Of a stretch of DNA of 64,000 nucleotides, positions 37,353 through 45,393 are shown one piece after another. The position numbers and the translations under genes were made by a program. Numbering within the stretch: the first letter of the stretch is position 1; every line of letters begins with the position of its first letter. The DNA is from a virus (taxonomy: Duplodnaviria; Heunggongvirae; Uroviricota; Caudoviricetes). The notes below the pieces were generated by a model. It was not told where the DNA came from, did no database searches, and saw nothing but the letters and a program-made list of their open reading frames with translations. The stretch covers positions 1 to 64,000 of the IMG/VR virus record IMGVR_UViG_2791355382_000001; one strand, written 5' to 3'.

Positions 37353-38600
37353 TTGAAAAAAGCAATCCATCTAACATCAAAAGAACGTCAAATCTACTTA
37401 GCATTATTATCGCCAGAACAGCGAAAAACACTGAATGAATACCGTAAATATAAGTATAATTCAGAAGTTCTAACAGAGTTCAGTCAAAGTGGTGGCGACT
37501 GGAAGTTCCTAGAAATGCAAATCAACTATAATTACGATCCATCGCACCCACAAGACTCAACATTAAAATGTAGTTGTGGCAAAGGTGTTAAGTACCTGTA
37601 TTATTGTCAGTCTAACATTACTGGTGAGGTCTTAGGTTTTGGTAGTGAGCATCTCAAACAAGAAGCAGGCATCAGTAACGCTGTAGTCAGAGAAATTCTT
37701 AACGGTCAACATAGAATAGATCGAGGGTTAGACGAAATCCTGTATTGGTACGCTAGAGGTTATACTTTTCCTAAGTTGATGTACGAGTTTGTCCAAGAGT
37801 TTGCTTATGATTGTGAAGTTGACGAATATTTCAAGGCTAAGGATCTGAAATTTCTAGCAGCGTTTGAAGAGCAAAATCTACCTATATACAACCGTGATTA
37901 TAAGAAGTTAGAAAAGCTAGTTCAAGACGTAAACTCACGTAAAAGCAGCGAAGAATATGAACGCAAGCTTGAAGAAGAAGAGAAACTTAGAAAAGAACGT
38001 GAGGAAAAAGAACGTCAAGAAAGGGAAAAACGTGAGCGAGAAGAGGCTGAAAGAAGAGCTGAAGAAGAACGTAAAGCAAGGATTGAAAAAGCTAAAAAAG
38101 AAGCCAAAATCAAAAGACTTAAAGAAAAGTTCAAGTACTATTTAGATGAGCAAGCTAACTGGGAAGAAAAGCATCAAACAAAGCTAGAAGAAAAAGCTAA
38201 TCAAATTGGTAGTTCCAAGCGAAAACAAACTCTACGCAAAGACTTTTCAGGACTTGCTAATAAACGAAAAGAAGTCACACGTAGAGCTAGACTATTGTTT
38301 GACAAGTTGTTTGATGAAGAAACAAGTGAAATGTATGCTTTAGATCCAGATAATTACGGCTTAATCCTTGTTTTGTATGGAATCTTAGGGCAAGGTAAAA
38401 CTAAAGCTAACGAAAGCGTCAATATCGCTAATGTGGCCGTAGGTTTTGTCACACGCTTAGCTAAGAAGTTTGAGTACCCAGTCGAGCAAACAGATCAAGA
38501 GTTGTACCAACTTTATGACAACCTTGTTGGTATTTTGTTGTCTAAGGGTGTACTTAGAAGGCAAGGCAATAGGGTCGTGTATGGTGTAAATATACGGTAG
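37353..38600 (+). CDS. hypothetical protein with a Cys cluster and a long E/K/R coiled-coil (415 aa)
   Basis: CSCGKGVKYLYYCQS and EEEKLRKEREEKERQEREKREREEAERRAEEERKARIEKAKKEAK. TTG start with a good RBS. Confidence 0.45.
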   Translation: MKKAIHLTSKERQIYLALLSPEQRKTLNEYRKYKYNSEVLTEFSQSGGDWKFLEMQINYNYDPSHPQDSTLKCSCGKGVKYLYYCQSNITGEVLGFGSEHLKQEAGISNAVVREILNGQHRIDRGLDEILYWYARGYTFPKLMYEFVQEFAYDCEVDEYFKAKDLKFLAAFEEQNLPIYNRDYKKLEKLVQDVNSRKSSEEYERKLEEEEKLRKEREEKERQEREKREREEAERRAEEERKARIEKAKKEAKIKRLKEKFKYYLDEQANWEEKHQTKLEEKANQIGSSKRKQTLRKDFSGLANKRKEVTRRARLLFDKLFDEETSEMYALDPDNYGLILVLYGILGQGKTKANESVNIANVAVGFVTRLAKKFEYPVEQTDQELYQLYDNLVGILLSKGVLRRQGNRVVYGVNIR

Positions 38601-38830
38601 AATAATATCCAAGTATATAAGTAGCTTAATATCTTAGTACATTATAGATATAAATATCTTAGTAGCTTATTTTCTACGAAAAATACACGATGTCGATAAG
38701 CCTTGTTATATCAGCGATATTTTATTTTCTCTGAAAAATACATTTCAATTTTTTATGTATTTTAGATATAAGTATACAAATAGCTTAATATCTTAGTGGC
38801 TTAAGACATAAAAATACAGTTAGAAAGGAC
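38598..38830. repeat. iteron-like direct repeats (motif about TATATAAGTAGCTTAATATCTTAGTA); further copies at 36668-36725, 37255-37320 and 40425-40470
   Basis: Read directly: AGTATATAAGTAGCTTAATATCTTAGTAC, TAGATATAAATATCTTAGTAGCTTA and TAGATATAAGTATACAAATAGCTTAATATCTTAGTGGCTTAAG recur in the intergenic regions around parR, the 415-aa ORF and the helicase. Confidence 0.55.
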
Positions 38831-38838
38831 GTGGTTAT

Positions 38839-40422
38839 TTGGCTTATGAATTATACGGTTATCAAAAAGAAATAATCTATAAGGTTTGGCATGAGTTTGC
38901 TCATGGGAAAAAGGCGGTTATGGTTGTTTCTCCAGCTGGATCAGGTAAATCAGTGATTATTTCTGATATTATCAAAACATTAACTGACGAGAAAAAATAT
39001 GTTTATTTTATGGTTCATCGAAAGGAATTAGTCGAACAAATACGAGCTGACTTAATTGCATCTGATGTTAACATGGATTACGTAACGGTAACATCAGTAA
39101 TTAAGCTTAAGAACAGGCTAGGCAAGTTACCAGAACCTTATATGATTGTAACCGATGAAACACATCATTCTAAGGCTAACTCCTACATGGAAATCTATAA
39201 ATACTATGATAAAGCGTTAAGATTAGGCTTTACCGCAACTCCAGTCAGACTTAGTGGCGAAGGCTTTAAAGACGTATATGATACGATGGTTGAGGGTAAG
39301 AGTGTCAAATGGTTGATTGAAAATCATTATCTAGCTCCATTCAAGTATTATTCATTGTCAGTTTTAAATAGAAAGAAACTTAAGAAAAATCGTGGTGAAT
39401 ACACGAATAAATCAATTTCATCAGCCTTAGATCAAGCCGATATTTTTGGTAAAGTAGTTGATACCTACCTTGATAAAGCTAAGGGTCAACAGGCTATTTT
39501 ATACGCTCATAGCGTGGAGTTTTCCAAGAAGTATGCTAAGGAGTTTCAAGACGCTGGTATTAGTGCTATTCATGTTGATAGCGAAACTCCAGCCGAAGAA
39601 CGAGAAAGAATTATGACTGGGTTTAAGAACAAGGAATATCAGATTTTGTGTAACGTTGACTTAGTGTCAGAAGGGTTCAATGTTCCAGACTGTAACACGG
39701 TTATTCTCATGCGCCCAACTGAGTCGCTAACAGTGTTTATCCAACAATCTATGCGAGGTATGCGATACCGTCCTAGCAAACAGTCAATTATTATAGACCA
39801 CGTTGGTAATTACCTAAAGCATGGCTTACCTACAACCGAGCATTTTTGGTCGTTAGAAAAAAGCAAAGACGAAGGTCAAGTCGAAAGCTGTTGTTGCAAA
39901 ATTTGCAAAGGAGTTTTTGAAAACTGGTTAACCAAAAAAGAAGATGGCATTGAGTATCGTGTTTGCCCTAACTGCGGTCATAGGTTCATGGTATTTGAAA
40001 AAGAAGTAGAACCAAACACAGATAAAGTTGAAGACAAAGACGCTAAACTAGAAGAAATTACAGCTGAAGATCAAGAGTATTTGGAACTCAGGAAACTAGC
40101 TAATTCCAGTGTTAACTTCAAATGGAACATCAAACGCATTGTGGCAATCTTTGTTGCAAAGCACAAATTAAGCTTAATGGAAGGGCAAGTTCCAAAGATT
40201 AAATCACCTATTTATTTTGCAATACGAAAGTTCCTAGAAATTAACGACTTGGAAACTTTGAATAAAGGCTGGTTATTTAATCAATTAAGAGAAATTTCAG
40301 ACCATTACAACGACGATTATAAGGTTAGTTATAGCTTTTTAGTACAATACACAGAAAAGCTAATCCCAGAGTACCTCAATAAGCAAAGACAGGCTAAAAG
40401 AAGATACGGTTACCGCCGTTAA
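38839..40422 (+). CDS. SF2 (DEAD/DEAH-like) helicase with a C-terminal Cys4 zinc ribbon
   Basis: Walker A VVSPAGSGKS, motif II VTDETHHS, motif VI QQSMRGMRY, and CCCKICKG...CPNCGH. Confidence 0.7.
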   Translation: MAYELYGYQKEIIYKVWHEFAHGKKAVMVVSPAGSGKSVIISDIIKTLTDEKKYVYFMVHRKELVEQIRADLIASDVNMDYVTVTSVIKLKNRLGKLPEPYMIVTDETHHSKANSYMEIYKYYDKALRLGFTATPVRLSGEGFKDVYDTMVEGKSVKWLIENHYLAPFKYYSLSVLNRKKLKKNRGEYTNKSISSALDQADIFGKVVDTYLDKAKGQQAILYAHSVEFSKKYAKEFQDAGISAIHVDSETPAEERERIMTGFKNKEYQILCNVDLVSEGFNVPDCNTVILMRPTESLTVFIQQSMRGMRYRPSKQSIIIDHVGNYLKHGLPTTEHFWSLEKSKDEGQVESCCCKICKGVFENWLTKKEDGIEYRVCPNCGHRFMVFEKEVEPNTDKVEDKDAKLEEITAEDQEYLELRKLANSSVNFKWNIKRIVAIFVAKHKLSLMEGQVPKIKSPIYFAIRKFLEINDLETLNKGWLFNQLREISDHYNDDYKVSYSFLVQYTEKLIPEYLNKQRQAKRRYGYRR

Positions 40423-40528
40423 TGTCTGAATATATAAGTAGCTTAAGAAACTAAGATACTAAGATATTAATAAACGTAGGCATAAAGCCATAAGCAACGC
40501 AAGCCACAAAGCTACAGATAACTGAATA

Positions 40529-40565
40529 AACAAATAGAAAGTCAATTCTTTTTGTAGACAAAGAA
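40529..40565 (+). mobile_element. perfect hairpin GTCAATTCTTT-TTGTAGAC-AAAGAATTGAC, candidate IS200/IS605-type left-end subterminal hairpin (or helicase terminator)
   Basis: 11-bp perfect inverted repeat about 150 nt upstream of the TnpB gene. Confidence 0.35.
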
Positions 40566-40712
40566 TTGACTTTTAGCGTACTTTAAGAACTAATTACGGT
40601 ATAATTAAAAATAAGAAATCTTTTTGTATCAAAGCATTTTATATGATAAACAAATCAACAATTTATTACACACGTTCTCAATAAGAATGTACTCAAGTAG
40701 AAGAAAAAGGAG

Positions 40713-42065
40713 GTGAAAACGATGGTCAGGAAACAAAAATCTAAGAAAGCTACCATACAAGCTTTTAGAGATATAAGAGATAAAAAGACAGAAATTCAGT
40801 ATGAATACTTGGTAGAAAAACATGTTATTAGAGCTAATGACAGTCGTTATTTAACCTTAGCTAAGTACGCTCACTTGGCTAATAATATCTATAACCAAGC
40901 TTTATATCGCTTTAGGCAATCTTTATTTAAAGGTAAATGGTTGAGTTATGGAGCATTAGATAGGTCATTTAAACAGTCATATCAACAAAAAGATTGTATG
41001 CTTTATCGTTCTATGAAAAGCGTTCATTTAGCTCAACAAATTTTAAAGTTAGTCATGCAAAATATGACTGTTTGGAATAAAGCTGTTAAAGCTTATCAGA
41101 AGAATCCTGGTAAATTTACTGGTAGACCTAAGCTGCCAAAATATAAAAACAAAGGCGGTAAAAGTATCGTTATCGTAGATAATCAAACCGCTAAATTACG
41201 TCCAAATGGCATTGTTGAAATACCTGTAATGAATAATCTAAAAATTAAGTTACAACATCAAGATACAACTAAAATTCAACAAGTTAGGATTGTTCCTAAA
41301 AATAATCAGTTTGTAGTTGAAATTGTTTATAAAACTAACAAGGTTATTGCTTATAAAAAAGATAACGGACGTTATCTTACAATAGATCCAGGACTTGATA
41401 ATGCTTTTACTTTGGCATCTAATGTTAAAGAGTTTCAACCTGTAATTGTTAATGGACGACCTTTAAAGGCAATTAACCAATACTATAACAAACAAAGAGC
41501 TAAATTAACTAAGTTATACGACTTTAATAAACAAAGTCGTAATACTAAACGTTTAAATAACTTAGATTTTTATCGTAATAAAAAAGTTTTAGGATTTGCT
41601 CATGAGGCAAGTAAACGCATTGTTGAAATAGCGTTAAACCATGAGTTAAATACGATTGTTATTGGTAAAAATAAAGGTCAAAAACACTTTATTAATCTAG
41701 GTAAAATTAACAATCAGAATTTTATTGGAATCCCACATCAAAAAATGGTAGAGATGATTGAATATAAAGCTAACTTAGCTGGAATTGTTGTTATTCAAGC
41801 CAATGAGGCTTATACCAGTCAAACATCATTTTTAGATAACGAAGAACCAATTAATCAAAATGGAGATAAAGCTCGTAAACGTAAAGGACTAAGTCCTACT
41901 AAAAGACGTATAAAACGTGGATTATTCAGGTCGAATAAAGGCTTTTTGATTAATGCTGATGTTAATGGAGCTTTACAGATATTAAGAAAAGTAGTACCGA
42001 ACGCTTTTGCTGACGGTATAGATGGAATCGGATTAGTTCCAGTTAAGCTAAACTTAAATTTCTAA
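40713..42065 (+). CDS. tnpB: TnpB (IS605/IS1341 OrfB family) with a degenerate zinc finger
   Basis: RuvC-II EAYTSQTS and RuvC-III NADVNGALQILRK. 450 aa. The C-terminal region lacks the usual CxxC pair. Confidence 0.75.
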   Translation: MKTMVRKQKSKKATIQAFRDIRDKKTEIQYEYLVEKHVIRANDSRYLTLAKYAHLANNIYNQALYRFRQSLFKGKWLSYGALDRSFKQSYQQKDCMLYRSMKSVHLAQQILKLVMQNMTVWNKAVKAYQKNPGKFTGRPKLPKYKNKGGKSIVIVDNQTAKLRPNGIVEIPVMNNLKIKLQHQDTTKIQQVRIVPKNNQFVVEIVYKTNKVIAYKKDNGRYLTIDPGLDNAFTLASNVKEFQPVIVNGRPLKAINQYYNKQRAKLTKLYDFNKQSRNTKRLNNLDFYRNKKVLGFAHEASKRIVEIALNHELNTIVIGKNKGQKHFINLGKINNQNFIGIPHQKMVEMIEYKANLAGIVVIQANEAYTSQTSFLDNEEPINQNGDKARKRKGLSPTKRRIKRGLFRSNKGFLINADVNGALQILRKVVPNAFADGIDGIGLVPVKLNLNF

Positions 42066-42240
42066 TTTAAGAGGCTTACAAACAATTTTTGAAACAAAGC
42101 ACGAATGCCAAACGAGTTGTAAAGTTGTCCACGAGAGCTTTTAGAATTAATTTTAAAAGTTTGTTGACTGGTTGACTCCATTAGGTTGAGTGAAGCGTCT
42201 TTTTAAAAAGACTAGAAAATTATTAATCTAAGTATACAGA
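42066..42240 (+). ncRNA. candidate omegaRNA/reRNA of the 40713..42065 TnpB
   Basis: Called from position only (3' of tnpB); contains structured segments. Confidence 0.25.
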
Positions 42241-42246
42241 AAGTAG

Positions 42247-42504
42247 GTGATTTTATTGTCAACTTTAGATAATTTGGCTAACGCAAGTTACGAGCGTAGA
42301 CAGCAACGCATTATGAAATTGCGTCGAGATTTTAACGACATGAAATATATAACGGTTGATAGTGTGGTTAAGCTAACTGGTTACACTGAAGCTACTGTTA
42401 TTAAGTGGGCAAAGGACGGCAATATACCATTGTTAATTGACAATGGAACAACGGTTGTACCAGTCACAGACGAAAACAGACCTACCTGGATGGGGGGATC
42501 TTAA
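42247..42504 (+). CDS. small HTH DNA-binding protein (excisionase/MerR-like)
   Basis: ITVDSVVKLTGYTEATVIKWAKDGNIP helix-turn-helix. Confidence 0.5.
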   Translation: MILLSTLDNLANASYERRQQRIMKLRRDFNDMKYITVDSVVKLTGYTEATVIKWAKDGNIPLLIDNGTTVVPVTDENRPTWMGGS

Positions 42505-43247
42505 TGCGAAAACTTCCAGACATCATGCTAACCGTAGGTGTTGTTTCTTTGATATTCTTTGGCGGTTATTACATCTATTCTGCAAACCTTTTTAACAGCA
42601 CTCAAGCTGTAGCTAGTTCCAGTCGTAAGCCTTTAGTCGTATCAGATTCTGAAGTTACGGATAGTCATGTTGAAACTATCCATCAAGATGCTATTAAAAA
42701 CGATCAAGCAAATTTAAATAGGGTTGGTACGGTAGCAATTCCAGATTTAGGTATTTTGCTTCCTATTTACAATAAGCCTTATGATGAACAAGCTTTATTA
42801 GTAGGTGCGCAACAACTAGAAGCAAAAGGAAAAGATGCAGATCAAGCAACGATAGGAAAAGGTAATTTTTTACTAGTGGCTCATAATTATACTGACGGTA
42901 AGAAGATGTTTAGTCCACTCCAACAAAACATGGGACTTAACGCTCCTTATTTAGTTAATCGACACGCACAAGATAATCATTGGCTAGATGGTAAAAAGAT
43001 TTATTTAGCTAATGACAAAGGTTTGTATGAATATACAATTGATGTTCAGCATACAATTCCTGAATATAAAACAGATATTCAAAACAACACTGATAAACCT
43101 GAAATTAACGTGATTACTTGTCTTGAACCTGACGATAGTTGGAGAATTGATACTCACGGTAATTTAAGTCAAAAATGGAGTTGGGATCAAGCTCCTAGCG
43201 ATATTATTAACTACTTTGACTTAAACAAGCAACAATTCAATAAGTAA
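42504..43247 (+). CDS. sortase-like transpeptidase
   Basis: N-terminal TM anchor. A His in LLVAHNYTDG (sortase LAGH-like) and a Cys motif INVITC resembling sortase L-T-L-I-T-C, with an Arg 9 residues downstream. An LPQTG substrate is encoded at 55536..55835. Confidence 0.5.
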   Translation: MRKLPDIMLTVGVVSLIFFGGYYIYSANLFNSTQAVASSSRKPLVVSDSEVTDSHVETIHQDAIKNDQANLNRVGTVAIPDLGILLPIYNKPYDEQALLVGAQQLEAKGKDADQATIGKGNFLLVAHNYTDGKKMFSPLQQNMGLNAPYLVNRHAQDNHWLDGKKIYLANDKGLYEYTIDVQHTIPEYKTDIQNNTDKPEINVITCLEPDDSWRIDTHGNLSQKWSWDQAPSDIINYFDLNKQQFNK

Positions 43248-43251
43248 GGAA

Positions 43252-44034
43252 GTGATTTGTGTGAAAGCCAAAAAAGATAAGCAGGAACGTTTAAACCTTG
43301 TTAAAAAGATTGCTAGAAACACTTTTTGGGGATTGATGGTAACGCTGGTTATAACTTTGATGATGGTAGTTGTTGCAACGATTACACAACCTAAATACTT
43401 ACCAGTAATGTCTAACAATATTTTTGAGTTGAAGTATGTTGCTGACTGGGTATTTTTGATAGGCATTGTTTTACTTATTGTTTTAGGCGGATTTATTTTG
43501 TATAAGACCGTAAAGAAACAAAGCGTATGGAATTTTGTTTTTAGTAACTTAGCTCTACTAATGACTTCCAGTGGCTTAGGCTTTATTGTTTTATCGTTTC
43601 TCTTACCTAAAAACAAACTTACAGTTAAAGCTGTTGGTCGAGCAGTTAAATTAGTTAACATCAGCTATTTTCTTACTTTTATTATCATTGCAATTACTAC
43701 TATGTTTGCTGTTTATATAAGTAGAAAATACGTTGATAAAAACAACTGGTACTTATACTTTGCACTACTACCATACATTATTTGGGCAGGTTGGACTTAT
43801 CAGCAATACCAACACTGGCAAAGCTTTTTATCAGCTAAGAATTTTAATATTCAAAGATTAACATCTATGTTTATCTACTATCAATCACATGGGACTAAGA
43901 TTGATATGAACTTAATGTTTGAAGGCTATAAGAGTTGCGCATTTGTGGTTTTAATAGCCTTCATTTATTTATTAACAGTAGGAGGGGTGCAACTTGTTTT
44001 TAAAGTCAAAGAAAAAATCCAAAGAAAAGCCTAA
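43252..44034 (+). CDS. polytopic membrane protein (260 aa)
   Basis: 6-7 TM helices. Confidence 0.5.
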   Translation: MICVKAKKDKQERLNLVKKIARNTFWGLMVTLVITLMMVVVATITQPKYLPVMSNNIFELKYVADWVFLIGIVLLIVLGGFILYKTVKKQSVWNFVFSNLALLMTSSGLGFIVLSFLLPKNKLTVKAVGRAVKLVNISYFLTFIIIAITTMFAVYISRKYVDKNNWYLYFALLPYIIWAGWTYQQYQHWQSFLSAKNFNIQRLTSMFIYYQSHGTKIDMNLMFEGYKSCAFVVLIAFIYLLTVGGVQLVFKVKEKIQRKA

Positions 44035-45121
44035 AAAAGAAAAGAAGAAAAAGAAAGATAAAAACGTTGAAAAGGTCGATAAGGTCAACCAAAAGGTAAA
44101 CGAAAAGGAACATACCTTTGCTGACGTAAAGATGTACCGTATCATGCCTTTAATCACACTGATTGGCTTTTTGATTGTTGGTTTAAGTTTTGGAACAATT
44201 TTTAAGAATAACCATGATTATAAGGTAATGCTATCACGTATCACTATGAAAAAAGGTACAAGCTTGCCATTGTTTCAAGGTGAGTCTAAAGGTGATTTAA
44301 CAGTTGGTAATGTTATTGTTTCTAAGGATAACAAGAACTTAGCAGCCGAAATTAAATATGATGATACAGCTCACCAACAATTATCTTCATTTGGTAAAAA
44401 GTACAAGTTATACATTGTTACTAGCAAGTCTTATCATATCGAAAACCTATCAGCTAAGTATGGGTTCTTTGGAACTGACGGTAACGGTGTTTTAACGGTT
44501 AAAAGTAAGGTTCCATTTCCAAATGAGGCTTTTGTTATCATGATTTACGATAAGGGACAGTTGATTTCAAGTTCTGACATTCAATCAGACAATGTTACAG
44601 ACGAAACCCTAGACAAATCTATTACACAACAGTTGGCTGGAGATGACTCTTCAAGTATGACTAGCACTCAAAGTCAAACTAATGAAGACACAAGACCACC
44701 AGTTTACTACATTCGTGTAAACCCAGCTTCATCTAAACGAGTAGACTACAACTGGGGTAACAATGAGCGTAAGTTAGTTGACAACTTGTTTGTAAAGCAA
44801 AACCTTGCTAAGTATCGTAAGCAAATCAAAGATGCCCACAAGAAAATCAAGATGGCACAAGCTACGCTCAAAGAATATGACAAGCGTTTAGCTGAAAACC
44901 CTGAAGATCAAACAGCGCTATCAGGTAAGCAACAAATGGAACAATCCATTTCAGCTTTAAAAGAAGATGTTGCAACCGCTGATAAGAACTATCAAAGAAT
45001 GGCAAATTATAGAATTAAAAAGGACGCTTTAGGTGTTGAACAAACTAACTTCAAACGTTTGCAAGCTAACAATATGCAAATGTTTAGTGGTACAGCTGAT
45101 GACGCTAAAGCTCAACAGTAA
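43994..45121 (+). CDS. conjugation-associated membrane-anchored protein (375 aa) with a lysine-rich N-terminus and coiled-coil C-terminus
   Basis: KKKSKEKPKKEKKKKKDK, then a TM helix, then an extracytoplasmic domain. Confidence 0.45.
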   Translation: MFLKSKKKSKEKPKKEKKKKKDKNVEKVDKVNQKVNEKEHTFADVKMYRIMPLITLIGFLIVGLSFGTIFKNNHDYKVMLSRITMKKGTSLPLFQGESKGDLTVGNVIVSKDNKNLAAEIKYDDTAHQQLSSFGKKYKLYIVTSKSYHIENLSAKYGFFGTDGNGVLTVKSKVPFPNEAFVIMIYDKGQLISSSDIQSDNVTDETLDKSITQQLAGDDSSSMTSTQSQTNEDTRPPVYYIRVNPASSKRVDYNWGNNERKLVDNLFVKQNLAKYRKQIKDAHKKIKMAQATLKEYDKRLAENPEDQTALSGKQQMEQSISALKEDVATADKNYQRMANYRIKKDALGVEQTNFKRLQANNMQMFSGTADDAKAQQ

Positions 45122-45136
45122 GAAAGGGTTGATATT

Positions 45137-45376
45137 ATGACAAGAACAGAACTTTTGTTAGCAGTAACTAGATACTGTGAACAATATCCAGAAACATCGC
45201 TAGAAAGCATTATTAAAGATGTTGCTGACACTTATCACGAAGTTCAAGCCAAGACGATCAAGCCTTATGATCCAGAAGAATTAACAGGGCTTGATTTAGA
45301 TAGGGCTGATAGTTACGAAACTAGCGTTTACAAGAATAACTATGATGGAACCGCTAGAGATGATGATTTAAGCTAA
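45137..45376 (+). CDS. hypothetical acidic protein (79 aa)
   Basis: ORF with an RBS. Confidence 0.35.
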   Translation: MTRTELLLAVTRYCEQYPETSLESIIKDVADTYHEVQAKTIKPYDPEELTGLDLDRADSYETSVYKNNYDGTARDDDLS

Positions 45377-45393
45377 GGAGGTATTTTATTTAG

